From Candidatus Latescibacterota bacterium (GTDB lineage: Bacteria > Latescibacterota > UBA2968 > UBA8231): DNA of 64,000 bases. This document shows positions 26,904-36,931 of the stretch, piece by piece. The notes under the pieces were generated by a model. That model searched no databases, was not told the DNA's origin, and was given only the letters and a program-made list of their open reading frames with translations. A program made the position numbers and the translations under genes. Positions within the stretch are counted from its first letter, which is position 1. Each line of letters starts with the position of its first letter. The stretch covers positions 1,312,001-1,376,000 of the forward strand of contig OZ242005.1 of the NCBI GenBank assembly GCA_965204725.1. The letters are read 5' to 3'.

Positions 26904-28973
26904 ATGCACACGCGCACCATGCTCACCGCAACGTTTCTGCTGGTCGCAACCGCTGTTGCGGCCTACGGTCAGCGCCGCGTCGTGCAGATCGGCGGGGCTG
27001 GGGGGGATTTCTCGTGGTCTGAGGTGCGCCAAGAGGCCGTCGCCCTCGATGACACCACCGCGCCGGGCGCGTTGCAGCCCAGAGAGCTGCGGCCGTGGGA
27101 GAACATCATGGTCGGACCCGGGCTATTCGCCAACATATTCGGCTTGTCTTGGGCAGAGGGACAGACCACTGGCCGGGCCTTTGGTTTCGCGGCCGGCGTT
27201 GACCCGCGATTTTGGCACGGTGGGTTCAGCCGCGAGGAGGCCGTGATCATCGATGGCGATCCCGAGACGGCGATCTCGTTGCGTCAGCTCATCGGCGAGG
27301 GGCCGGTGGAAGTATTCAACCAAGTTCTGCGCCTGCAGGAAGAGGTTTGGACCTTTGATTTGGTCTTGGAGACGCCGATCAACCGAATTTTGTTCTTCCC
27401 TCGGCAATCGGGGGTTGATAAGCGCGGCATCCCCAACAAGCAGGGATCGCCGCGGGCCTATCGTCTTTCAATACAGAACGAGGCCGAGGATTTTCTGCTC
27501 GAAGGCTCGGAGCCGATTCCCAAGCGGACGCTGGCCACCGTCATCGAGGAAACCAAGTCCAACACGAAAAGCCAAGTCGATGTCAGCTTTCCGGTGCAGC
27601 CGGCCCGGTTCATCCGTCTCGATCTGAGTTTGGCGGACCAGTTTTACAGCATGGCCGAGTTCCAAGTCTATGGCGAGGGTGTCCCGACGAAGGTCCGCTA
27701 CGTTTCCACCGCCATTCCACTCGGCGAGCCGGTCAACTTCGGCGAGATTACCTATTCCTTCCGCTCGCTTCGACGCGGCCGGGAAGCGGACGCGCTCATC
27801 GACGACCCCGAGGGTGCTGCCCGGCTGCTCCTCGAAGTGCGTTCCGGCACCGACGACACGTCCCTCGCTTACTACATCGTAGATGACTTCGGGCGCGACA
27901 AGGAAGTGACCCAGACGGAATGGCAGCGCGCCTCCCTGCCCCGGCGGGAGAGTCTCGCCGTCCGCTATCCCAATCAGCGCAGCGTCGTCCTCGACGACGA
28001 GACCAACTGGTCGCCGTGGTCTTCGCCCTATCGCTCATCCGGTCAGTTGAACCGAGCCCCGGATGGGCGACCGTATTTGCAGTTTCGGGCGACGTTCCTG
28101 ACCGACGATGTGCTGTCCATCGGTCGTCTCGACTCGCTCCAGTTCGAGGTCTCGCCCTTGCTCGCCGCGTCGCTTTTCGGCGAGGTCTCCCTCGCGGATG
28201 CGGCCCCGACCGCCTTGACGACCGAGGCGCAGCCGGCCGAATTCCCCATTGGAGAGCGCCGTCGGCTCCACTTCGACATTGCGGCCGACTTCGCCCGCGA
28301 TTCACAGGGGTTTGATGCGGTGCGGTTGACCGTCCCTTTTGGCACTCGCTTTGAGGGGCTGCGGATGGGCGATGCCGATCTCGTCTCGGTAGTGCCCGAC
28401 AGCGTGTGGCCCGGGGACGGAATTGCCCGCGATGGCGAGCTTTTCATCTCCTTTGCCACCAACCGGGTGTCGCCCAGCCATGATCGCCCTGTCCGCATCG
28501 ATCTCGAATCCTCCCTGTTTACCTCTTCCACGATCTTCGCCGGCGAGGTCATTGACTCGGCCAGCGACAACCTGCCCCAGTCGGTGAACGGGGGAAATGC
28601 GAGGGATGATGTCGCCACGAACAGTTTGCAGGTCTTCTCGGGCGATGCGAGGACGACTGTTCTCGATGGGGTCCGCCTCGCGCCGGCGGTTCTGACGCCG
28701 AATGGAGACCGGGTGAACGACGAAATCCGCGTTGAGTTCAGCGTCCTCTTCGTGGATGAAGCCGCGGTGACCGTGACGATCTACGATGTGGCCGGACGCT
28801 ATGTTGCGGTGCTGCCGGCTGAGAACCGGGGCCGATCGGCCCAGCAGGTAGCTTGGGACGGGCGCGACGACGACCGCAACTTGGTTCCTCCGGGCCTGTA
28901 TCTGCTGCAGATCGAAGTGGATACCCAAAGGGAGACCGCACGACGATTGCTGACAGTGCCCGTCGTCTATTAA
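26904..28973 (+). CDS. Secreted protein, same architecture (paralog 2)
   Basis: Signal peptide; INRILFFP, ARFIRL, AEFQVYGEG, NWSPWS, LTPNGDRVND, WDGRDD...VPPGLY, ends VPVVY. Confidence 0.8.
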   Translation: MHTRTMLTATFLLVATAVAAYGQRRVVQIGGAGGDFSWSEVRQEAVALDDTTAPGALQPRELRPWENIMVGPGLFANIFGLSWAEGQTTGRAFGFAAGVDPRFWHGGFSREEAVIIDGDPETAISLRQLIGEGPVEVFNQVLRLQEEVWTFDLVLETPINRILFFPRQSGVDKRGIPNKQGSPRAYRLSIQNEAEDFLLEGSEPIPKRTLATVIEETKSNTKSQVDVSFPVQPARFIRLDLSLADQFYSMAEFQVYGEGVPTKVRYVSTAIPLGEPVNFGEITYSFRSLRRGREADALIDDPEGAARLLLEVRSGTDDTSLAYYIVDDFGRDKEVTQTEWQRASLPRRESLAVRYPNQRSVVLDDETNWSPWSSPYRSSGQLNRAPDGRPYLQFRATFLTDDVLSIGRLDSLQFEVSPLLAASLFGEVSLADAAPTALTTEAQPAEFPIGERRRLHFDIAADFARDSQGFDAVRLTVPFGTRFEGLRMGDADLVSVVPDSVWPGDGIARDGELFISFATNRVSPSHDRPVRIDLESSLFTSSTIFAGEVIDSASDNLPQSVNGGNARDDVATNSLQVFSGDARTTVLDGVRLAPAVLTPNGDRVNDEIRVEFSVLFVDEAAVTVTIYDVAGRYVAVLPAENRGRSAQQVAWDGRDDDRNLVPPGLYLLQIEVDTQRETARRLLTVPVVY

Positions 28974-28977
28974 GGAA

Positions 28978-31323
28978 ATGACTATGAAAACAACAAGCCG
29001 CATCGCCTTGGCCGCGTGGCTGCTGTCTGGGTACGCGGGGGCCGATGAGTTGCGCTTTGAGCGTCTCAGCGACTGGCGGGAGTGGACGAGCCCGACGGGG
29101 GCCATTCAGTTGCGGCAAGACGGGAAAGTCGAGCTGGGGTGGTACGGAACGGACACCGACCCGATGGATGACATGACCCAGTTCTCGCACCCCACCCGAA
29201 AAAGCGGCGAAGTCTTTGGGGGTCTGACGGCCCAGTCGAACGACCGCGAGGCCCGGTTTCTCGCCGATAACGACCGCGACACGTGGTGGCAGCCCGACGC
29301 CGGGGCCGATCCCAACAATGCTTGGATACACATTGACCTAGGCCGCGTCGTCTTGCTCAAGGAGATTCGCTTGGTCTTTCCAGACACGCTCGGCCTGCGT
29401 CCCTTCCGCGATTTCTCGGTTTTTGTCAGCGAAGGTTCGACCGTGTCTTCGTCGGCCGATGTCTGGCGATTTCAGCGCGTCTTTACGACCACCGAGCCCA
29501 ACGAGTTGGGCGAGATCGTCATTCCCTTGTCGATTGAAGATTTCGGCACCATTGCGACCGGCGAGAATCTGGTCCGGGGCAAGTTGCTAGACTTCATGCC
29601 CGTCCACTACGTCCGCTTCCTGCCCCACGAGGCCGGAGAAGGCGCGGCGCTGGCCGAGATCGAGTTGACTGCGGTCGGCGATAATATCGCGTTGACGACC
29701 TTTGAACGAGGGGGGACTATTCGCTCGGGGCTGAAAAAAGTGGAAGAAATCCGCGATGGAACCGTGGACAATGCTTGGCCGGTAATTTCAAATACCCTCA
29801 ATCGCTTCTGGCAGGACGGCGGGATGTGGTTTGAGTGGGACTTGGGGGCCCTCTTCCACGTCAGCCGGATCGTGTTCTACCAGTGGCCGCCCGATCAGCT
29901 CGGGCGCACGACATTCGGAATCGGCGGAACCAACACCGGCTACAACTTGGAGATGACAGACGGGACGCCGATCGCCCGGGACGACCCATTCCGCAGCCCA
30001 TTCGACTACACGCGCGTTTCGCTGGTTGACAACAGCCGAGCACCGGGACGCTACGTCTTTGACCATCAGTTAGAGGACCGAGTCGGCCGCTATCTGTTCT
30101 GGAACCACCGGGACATCGAGGACCGAAGAGTTGGATATATCATGCTGGAGGTATTCATCTATTCGGCGGGCTACCCGGCCCAAGCGGCCTTGACCTCCGA
30201 CTTCATCGATCTCGGGGGGGCCAAGAGCATCACGGGGGTCTCGTGGGACGCCGACACCCCGCCGGGGACCCGAATCACCGTGCAGACGCGCACGGGCAAT
30301 GAACTCGACGCGGATCAGTTCTTCTTCAAGAAAAACGGAGAGCAGATCACCGAGGCGCAGTACAACAAGCTACCCAAAGTGGTCCGGGGCGAAATCGTCG
30401 AAGTGCCCAAGGAGGGGGCGGACTGGAGCGGTTGGAGTGAGCCGCACCTTGCGTCGGGCCAGCCCTTTCGGTCGCCCACCCCTAGACAACTGTTGCGAAT
30501 GCGGGTGAGTTTAGAGACCGACGATCCCAACATCACGCCGGTCCTCAACTCGGTGACGCTGCACTTTGACGAAGCCTTGGTGCAAAAAGGCGTTGAGGCC
30601 GCGATTTATCCACGGGAGGCGACCGCTGGCGAGTGGCAGGACTTTCGCTACGTGCTGCAACCGACCTTTACGGCCAGAGACCGAGGCTTCGATCGCGTGC
30701 TGCTGCCCGTGCCGGGGGCCGTGCGGAACGTGTCGTTGCGCGTCAATGGCGCGGCGGTCGAGGGCGCGGTCGAATCGACCGTAGATACGCTCGTCATCGC
30801 CATGCCCCGGCGCGTACTGCGGGACTCAGTGGAGGTAATGTTCACGGCGCGCCCCCTGAACAACCCCACTCGCTTCCTCGCCGCCGTGGCGAACTCGGCG
30901 CAACCGGATAACCTGCAAGAGGTGCGGCCGCCCGATGTCGATGACGATGGCGATGGCCAGTTCGATCGCACGGACCGGGAGGCCCTCTTCGTCTTTTTAC
31001 CCAACACAGCTACCGGCAGTACTATCCGCAACCTCGTGGTATCGAGCCGCGTCATCACGCCCAACGGCGACGCGGTCAACGACGACTTGCGCGTTACCTT
31101 CGATCTATTTCGCACCAAAGTTGCCGCTGAGCTGCGGCTCTACAACGTAGCGGGGCGTTTGCTCCGGGTCGTCTCCGGCCAAGCGGGGGAGACGCAGCAA
31201 CTCGTGTGGGATGGCATGGTCAACGATCAGCCGGCGGAACCGGGAATCTACATCTGCCGCGTAGCGGTGCCGGCCGACGCCGGGCTGGCTACCGAAGTCC
31301 TGCTGGTGAGTGTAGCCTACTAG
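28978..31323 (+). CDS. Secreted protein, same architecture with two discoidin-like domains (paralog 3)
   Basis: Signal peptide; WIHIDLGR and WFEWDLGA, DWSGWS, ITPNGDAVND, WDG...PGIY, ends VSVAY. Confidence 0.8.
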   Translation: MTMKTTSRIALAAWLLSGYAGADELRFERLSDWREWTSPTGAIQLRQDGKVELGWYGTDTDPMDDMTQFSHPTRKSGEVFGGLTAQSNDREARFLADNDRDTWWQPDAGADPNNAWIHIDLGRVVLLKEIRLVFPDTLGLRPFRDFSVFVSEGSTVSSSADVWRFQRVFTTTEPNELGEIVIPLSIEDFGTIATGENLVRGKLLDFMPVHYVRFLPHEAGEGAALAEIELTAVGDNIALTTFERGGTIRSGLKKVEEIRDGTVDNAWPVISNTLNRFWQDGGMWFEWDLGALFHVSRIVFYQWPPDQLGRTTFGIGGTNTGYNLEMTDGTPIARDDPFRSPFDYTRVSLVDNSRAPGRYVFDHQLEDRVGRYLFWNHRDIEDRRVGYIMLEVFIYSAGYPAQAALTSDFIDLGGAKSITGVSWDADTPPGTRITVQTRTGNELDADQFFFKKNGEQITEAQYNKLPKVVRGEIVEVPKEGADWSGWSEPHLASGQPFRSPTPRQLLRMRVSLETDDPNITPVLNSVTLHFDEALVQKGVEAAIYPREATAGEWQDFRYVLQPTFTARDRGFDRVLLPVPGAVRNVSLRVNGAAVEGAVESTVDTLVIAMPRRVLRDSVEVMFTARPLNNPTRFLAAVANSAQPDNLQEVRPPDVDDDGDGQFDRTDREALFVFLPNTATGSTIRNLVVSSRVITPNGDAVNDDLRVTFDLFRTKVAAELRLYNVAGRLLRVVSGQAGETQQLVWDGMVNDQPAEPGIYICRVAVPADAGLATEVLLVSVAY

Positions 31324-31377
31324 GAAGGGTGATCCAATGACGACACGTGGTGACAAACTAACGCGGGAGAGCTGGAC

Positions 31378-34017
31378 ATGAAGCGCAACCGGGTCGGCTC
31401 CATCCTAGCCGTCCTGCTCCTACAGGTGACGCCAAGCGGAGCAGTCGAAGTCGGTCTGTTCAATCCCTACATCACGGAAGGGGCCCGAATCAGCCCTGAG
31501 ACTTTGATTCCAACGTTGCGGAAGTGGTATCTGCCCCAAGCACTCTACTCACTATACGGGTGGCAGGGGAGCGCGTACACCAACTACGCGCGGGACCAGT
31601 ACCGGCGCTACGTGCGAACCGAGCTCGAAGGCGACCGCTACTACGACCTCTACGGCAATTACTTCACGAAGGGCTGGAACATCTACAACTTCACGAATGA
31701 GTACCCGCGGGATTTCGGGAGCGGAATCTGGAAAGACCCCAATTTTAGCCAGTGGTTCAATCGCCTCATCGTGGTCTCTGGGGCCAAGGGGCAGTTCCAC
31801 ACCTCCCTGACCATTGGCGAGGGCATTCGCACCACGATGACGCCGCTCACCTTTTCCAAGCCGCTTTTCGACGGTTTGCAGTGGGACTTTCAGACCGATA
31901 AGTACGGAGTAAGCGTCTTGGCGGCGCGGGCCGATTCGCCCGGGCGCGTGGCCGTTGCGGTCGATCAAGGACCGGCGCGGCAAACGACCTTCACCCAGTT
32001 GCTCGGCCTGAACGGAAGCGTGGTCGTCGGCGATTTCGCCACGCTGGGTGGACGGTATATGACGACCTTTCACCAAAACTCGGCCCTTTCCCTCGACGAA
32101 AACTCTCTGCGCGGCGTCCTCGGCGGCCGCCTGAATGCGGGAAACGTCCAGCGGCTGATCGTGCGGCTATCCGACGACTCGCCGGAGGATGGCGTGGGCG
32201 GTGCCTTGCTGCTCCGCGAGCAGATCTTCATCGACGGCGTCGAGCATCCCGAGATTGACCCGATCATCGAAGGGGGCGTCGCGCGCGAGGGCCTGCTAGA
32301 GGCCAGCGGTTCCAACACGGTCACCCTGACTTATAACATTGAGACCGATTTCCGGCCGGGTCCCGATGAGGAGATCACCGATTTCCGGGAGATCGAGCGC
32401 ATTGAGGTGGGGTTGGTCGTGGCCAACGACTACCTCGTAGAGGTCGCGTCGAACCTGCAAACCAACGCGACGCTCGAACCCGCCTTTCTGCCCGTCGCCC
32501 AAGCGCAGGGCAACGTCACCGATGCTTCCAACCAGCGCTTCATCCGCTTTCAGTACGGGATCCCTTCGAGCAACGAGCTGCGGGGGGTGAGTCTGGCGAT
32601 CAGCGATGTGGGGGGCTTCAACCTCCGCTCCGAGTACGTGAGCAATCGACGCAACCGGCGGTTCCCCAACCAGACCATCCGCAGCAATCAGGCCCTCGCG
32701 CACGACGAGTCCGAGGCGTACTACGCCACGGCGTCGCAGATCACGTACCCCTTCTTTGGGTACGGGGAAGTTTTCAGCGTCGAGCCGGGGTACTCGACGT
32801 CGATGTTCATCCCCGACTCGCAGGGCTTCGTCGATTACGAGAACGAGGAGAACTATCTCTACGAGCTCGTCGATGACAACGACGACCAAGATCGCTTCCC
32901 GGACTGGGTTCGCCGGAGCGCGAATCTGAGTGCCCTGTTTCCAAACCAGAATCAGTTCCCCGATCGGGAGGTGTTTCCAGGGCTCGACGAAAACCAAGAC
33001 TTCATCTCCGACTTCAATCAGAACCAGAATAACCAGCCCGATTACAGCGAGCCGTTCTTCCGCTACCACGTCGATCCGCCCGAATTCCTGTTTGGCACGG
33101 ACATGAACAACAATACCGTCATCGACCGGTTTGAAAACGACACGGAACCCGATTACCCGTACAAGCGGGACAGCAAGGGATACAACTTCTATGTCGGGGT
33201 CGAACTGATGCCGAACAGCCGCCTCATGGTAGGGCGCTTGCGGATGGACCAGCACTCCAGCAATCGCCGGGCGGCCTCTACTTACGGTCTGCTGACGCTG
33301 AAGAAGGAATATCCGCAACGCAGTCTGTCGATCCAGCTCATGGAGTTTGCCCGCGCCGTCCAAGACGACATCCCCGACCATCTCATCCAGTGGGAGCAGC
33401 CGCCGTTCTCCACCGGGACGCTGCGGGACTTTAGCGATCCGTTGATCGCGCAGGATACCTTCATTAACACCCTCTACCTACAGGTAGATTGGGAACCGTT
33501 CGTCACGACGCAGACCAAGCTCAAGTACGACGCGTACAATCAGCGGGGGGATGCGGCGCAGGGAACGCGGGATGAGCGGTTCTTGGGCCTAATCAACAAG
33601 GCCGATCGCCAATTTTGGGCCATGCCGACGGTGATGGTGTGGCCGCAGTGGAAGCAGCGGTTTTCTGCTCGCACGCCGACCAACCCACGCGAGCGCAGCA
33701 CGCGCGACTTGGCGGAACTGTTCTTCTTGCTCGTCAACTATCGCATCTCCCCTAGGCTAACCCTCGGTTTTGGCACCGAGTACGAGCTTTTTAATAACCT
33801 CAAGAGCCGTCCAGAGGGGGGTGCGGTTGACTACCAAGACGACTTCAGCCGCTTGACGTTGGCATCGCAGTTTTCCAATCAGGCGGCTTATCTGGGCTAC
33901 GAGCTCACCGCGAATATCGGCATCCGGTGGACTCAACGCAGCGTGCGCGACCAAGCTGCCGACACGAACACCATGATCTTCGTCGATGTGTTTGCGGGGC
34001 TGGGAACCGGCCAGTGA
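31378..34017 (+). CDS. Large exported protein, putative outer-membrane beta-barrel with Asp/Asn-rich Ca-binding loops
   Basis: Signal peptide; amphipathic aromatic-rich strands in the last ~280 aa ending IFVDVFAGL; DDNDDQD, GLDENQDFISD, DMNNNTVID. Confidence 0.6.
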   Translation: MKRNRVGSILAVLLLQVTPSGAVEVGLFNPYITEGARISPETLIPTLRKWYLPQALYSLYGWQGSAYTNYARDQYRRYVRTELEGDRYYDLYGNYFTKGWNIYNFTNEYPRDFGSGIWKDPNFSQWFNRLIVVSGAKGQFHTSLTIGEGIRTTMTPLTFSKPLFDGLQWDFQTDKYGVSVLAARADSPGRVAVAVDQGPARQTTFTQLLGLNGSVVVGDFATLGGRYMTTFHQNSALSLDENSLRGVLGGRLNAGNVQRLIVRLSDDSPEDGVGGALLLREQIFIDGVEHPEIDPIIEGGVAREGLLEASGSNTVTLTYNIETDFRPGPDEEITDFREIERIEVGLVVANDYLVEVASNLQTNATLEPAFLPVAQAQGNVTDASNQRFIRFQYGIPSSNELRGVSLAISDVGGFNLRSEYVSNRRNRRFPNQTIRSNQALAHDESEAYYATASQITYPFFGYGEVFSVEPGYSTSMFIPDSQGFVDYENEENYLYELVDDNDDQDRFPDWVRRSANLSALFPNQNQFPDREVFPGLDENQDFISDFNQNQNNQPDYSEPFFRYHVDPPEFLFGTDMNNNTVIDRFENDTEPDYPYKRDSKGYNFYVGVELMPNSRLMVGRLRMDQHSSNRRAASTYGLLTLKKEYPQRSLSIQLMEFARAVQDDIPDHLIQWEQPPFSTGTLRDFSDPLIAQDTFINTLYLQVDWEPFVTTQTKLKYDAYNQRGDAAQGTRDERFLGLINKADRQFWAMPTVMVWPQWKQRFSARTPTNPRERSTRDLAELFFLLVNYRISPRLTLGFGTEYELFNNLKSRPEGGAVDYQDDFSRLTLASQFSNQAAYLGYELTANIGIRWTQRSVRDQAADTNTMIFVDVFAGLGTGQ

Positions 34018-35612
34018 TGCGGATTTTGCCGCCGGCCGTTCTCTCGCTGACAGCGGGACTGCTGGCCTGTCAACCACCCGAACCACCCGAGCCAAAGCCC
34101 CGCGTCGTCGCCGTCGTTGACCGCGATACGATCGACGTCGAGTCCTACCGCGCGATGGCGGCCAAGCTGCTGGCTTCTTCCCATCGCGGCCAAGATCCCG
34201 CCCGCCTCGACACGAGGCGTCGGTTGCTCGATGCGATGATCGACCGACAGCTTCTGGTGATGGAGGGGCGACGCCGGAAGCTAAGCGCGTCGCCGCGAAT
34301 CGCCGCGGCCCTTGAAACGCTCCAGAACAAACTCCTCTGGCGCGCCCTGTTCAACGCGGTTGCCATTGACGCTGGGCGCGATACGACCGGCATCTATGCC
34401 TTTGCCCGCGAAAAAGGATTCACCGAAGAGGTGCTGCTCCAGCACGTGATGCTGGCCAATGAGGCCGATGCGTGGAGCGTCCTCAAAGCACTCGATGCGG
34501 GAGAGCCGCTTGATGTGCTCGCCGTCGAGCGTTCGGTCCACCACGAGACCGGGGGCTTGGGGGGCTACTTTAGCTACATGTCCGTATCCCAAGTGCTCCC
34601 TGAGGTCCGCGAGCAAATTCTGTCTCTGGAGCCGGGTCAAACCTACCCGGAACCGCTGACCTCCCGCTACGGGGTTCACGTGTTTCGCCTCGTCGATCGC
34701 CGCCCGGCCGACCTTGCGAGCCGGTGGGATGTGGTGCTCGAGGAGTTTCGCGCCCGCGAGAGAACGCGCGTCTTCGAGGCTTTTGCCGACAGCTTGGCGG
34801 ATGCGCGTGGGCTAGTCTGCGCGAGCGAGCGGCCGGCGTCGGACCCGCTTTGTACTTGGACGACCGGCCGGTTGTTGTCATCCGATGTCGATTGGGCCGC
34901 TGCCGAGGCCGATCTTCAGGGTTGGTTGCGCGTCAAGGCCCGGGATCGGCTGGTCCTTGAAGAGGCCCAGCGTCGCGGTATGGACCGTCAACCCGGAATC
35001 CGCGAGCCGATCGCGGCGCGTAGGGAAGAGATGATGATCGACAGCCTCCGTCGTCAGGTAGTCGGGCGCATTGAGGTGCCGGATGGGGAAAAGCGTTTGT
35101 ACTACGAGGAACACCCCGATCTGTATGGCCCACGTCCGACGGTTCGCGTGGATGAAGTGCTCGTTGCGGATCGTACGCTGGCGCAACGGCTCCGCGGCCA
35201 AGCAGAGGCGGGCGTACCCATCGACTCCTTGGCGCGGGCACACAGCATTCGCGAGGTGACGAAAAAGAGCGGTGGGTCGATGTGGCTCGTCACGAGGGAC
35301 AACCCGCTGTTGGGGCCTCTCGCGCCCCTCGCGCTCGACGCGGAAGTGGGGACGCTCTTAGGCCCCCTCGAAGTACCGGGCGGGTATTCGGTTCTGCGGA
35401 TCGCCGAAAAGGGTGAGACCCCGGCCCGCCCCTATGAGGCGGTGGAACGGAACATTGAAGTGATCCTCCGGCTGCGTGCCGAGCATCAGCGGATGGACTC
35501 GTTGCTCGCCCAACTCCGCGTGGACTTCGCCGCCGCGATCGCGATCCATGAAGACGCGCTGGCCTCTGTACTGGCCGATTGGGGGGATCGCACAGACGAT
35601 GCCCGGAATTGA
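34017..35612 (+). CDS. PpiC/parvulin-type peptidyl-prolyl isomerase lipoprotein (PrsA/SurA-like, two rotamase domains)
   Basis: Lipobox LLAC; LQHVMLA...LAVERS...GGLGG...PLTSRYGVHVFRL; second domain LARAHS...GPLEVPGGYSVLR; TGATG coupling. Confidence 0.82.
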   Translation: MRILPPAVLSLTAGLLACQPPEPPEPKPRVVAVVDRDTIDVESYRAMAAKLLASSHRGQDPARLDTRRRLLDAMIDRQLLVMEGRRRKLSASPRIAAALETLQNKLLWRALFNAVAIDAGRDTTGIYAFAREKGFTEEVLLQHVMLANEADAWSVLKALDAGEPLDVLAVERSVHHETGGLGGYFSYMSVSQVLPEVREQILSLEPGQTYPEPLTSRYGVHVFRLVDRRPADLASRWDVVLEEFRARERTRVFEAFADSLADARGLVCASERPASDPLCTWTTGRLLSSDVDWAAAEADLQGWLRVKARDRLVLEEAQRRGMDRQPGIREPIAARREEMMIDSLRRQVVGRIEVPDGEKRLYYEEHPDLYGPRPTVRVDEVLVADRTLAQRLRGQAEAGVPIDSLARAHSIREVTKKSGGSMWLVTRDNPLLGPLAPLALDAEVGTLLGPLEVPGGYSVLRIAEKGETPARPYEAVERNIEVILRLRAEHQRMDSLLAQLRVDFAAAIAIHEDALASVLADWGDRTDDARN

Positions 35613-35636
35613 AGAGTACTGGGAGCTGCGCGGGTC

Positions 35637-36839
35637 ATGCCGGCCGTTTTCGTCTTCTTCCTACTGAGTGCCTGCGAGGGGGCTGCGCCCGAGCAAGAAG
35701 TCGCCCGAGCCATCCTCGACAGCGCGCTAGCGCACTCGGCGCGCGGTGAATCCGTCGCCGCGATCCGGCTGCTGCGCCGGGCGGCGCAGCTCGATCCACA
35801 GGATCCGGTCATCCCCTACAATCTCGGCAACAACTTGGCGCGGCAGGGCCGTCTCGACCAAGCTGTTGCGTCGTACCAACGAGCGCTATTCCTCGAACCT
35901 AAGTACGCGGCTGCCCATTACAACCTAGCGTCCGTGCGCTCTGCGGCCGGGCGGCACGAAGAAGCGGAAGCGGGCATGGCGCGCGCGATTGAGGCCGACA
36001 GTGGCTATCAGCCCGCCCACAAGGCGTTGGCGCAGTTGCGGGAACGGCGCGGCGACTACGATGGTGCCATCGAATCGCTGGAGATTGCGGTGGGGATCCG
36101 TCCCGACGATGTGGAGGCGCGCAATCAGCTCGGCTACCTGCTGGGGAAGCAGGGACGCCCGACCGCGGCCAAAGCGGTTTTGCGGAGGACGCTGCAAATC
36201 GACTCGACCCACGCGGACACTTGGGCACACTTAGGGGCGCTCCAACTCGCCGCCAAGGACTTTGCGAGCGCTCGCCAGTACTTAGAAAGGGCCGTCCAAC
36301 TCAACGCATACCACACGAAGGCGCACTTCGACTTGGCCAACTGTCTGATGCGGCTGGGCGAGAAGCAGAGTGGACGAGAGATGCTGCGGCGGTTTGAGAT
36401 GCTGCGATCGCTGGACGAGGACATCGCCAAGTACCGAGAGGCGATCCGCCACGACCCCACCGATCCGGCCCTCTACCAAGCACTCGCTCGCCTGTATGCA
36501 AGACGGGGTGAGGCAGACAAAGCGATTCAACGCTATCGACAGGCCATCGCCCGCGATGCCGAATTGGCCGCTGCCCACAACAACTTGGGCAACCTCCTGC
36601 TGCAACAGAAGCGACCCGAAGAGGCGGCCCGGGCCTATCGAGCCGCGTTGCTCGCCGACTCCACCTACGCCCTCGCCCACAATGGAATCGGTACCGTCAG
36701 ACTCCTTGCGGGGAATAGGGTCGGGGCCATGGCGGCCTTTGCCCGCGCCGTCGAATTGGATTCCGCAAACCGCACATTCGCCGACAACCTCAGAGCTGTC
36801 CAGATGCTCCTACGACAAGAAGAGGAATCGCGTGATTGA
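35637..36839 (+). CDS. TPR-repeat lipoprotein
   Basis: Lipobox LSAC; YNLGNNLARQGRLDQAVASYQRAL and similar units. Confidence 0.88.
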   Translation: MPAVFVFFLLSACEGAAPEQEVARAILDSALAHSARGESVAAIRLLRRAAQLDPQDPVIPYNLGNNLARQGRLDQAVASYQRALFLEPKYAAAHYNLASVRSAAGRHEEAEAGMARAIEADSGYQPAHKALAQLRERRGDYDGAIESLEIAVGIRPDDVEARNQLGYLLGKQGRPTAAKAVLRRTLQIDSTHADTWAHLGALQLAAKDFASARQYLERAVQLNAYHTKAHFDLANCLMRLGEKQSGREMLRRFEMLRSLDEDIAKYREAIRHDPTDPALYQALARLYARRGEADKAIQRYRQAIARDAELAAAHNNLGNLLLQQKRPEEAARAYRAALLADSTYALAHNGIGTVRLLAGNRVGAMAAFARAVELDSANRTFADNLRAVQMLLRQEEESRD

Positions 36840-36905
36840 CCGCTTGGCGAGTTCTGAAATATATTGCGAGCCTAAGGCCGCTTCTCAGCGTTAAACCTGT
36901 ATAAT
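36836..36905 (+). promoter_or_regulatory. Putative promoter region of the 36932 operon
   Basis: TTGACC-18 nt-TATATT (36836-36865) and a TATAAT at 36900-36905. Confidence 0.4.
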
Positions 36906-36931
36906 CGCTAGACAACGACAAGGAGTGCGAT

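Noticed and set aside
16083-36839. Envelope locus as a recently acquired genomic island
   Set aside because: No integrase, tRNA or flanking direct repeats were seen, and it shares the host CCWGG-avoidance pattern.
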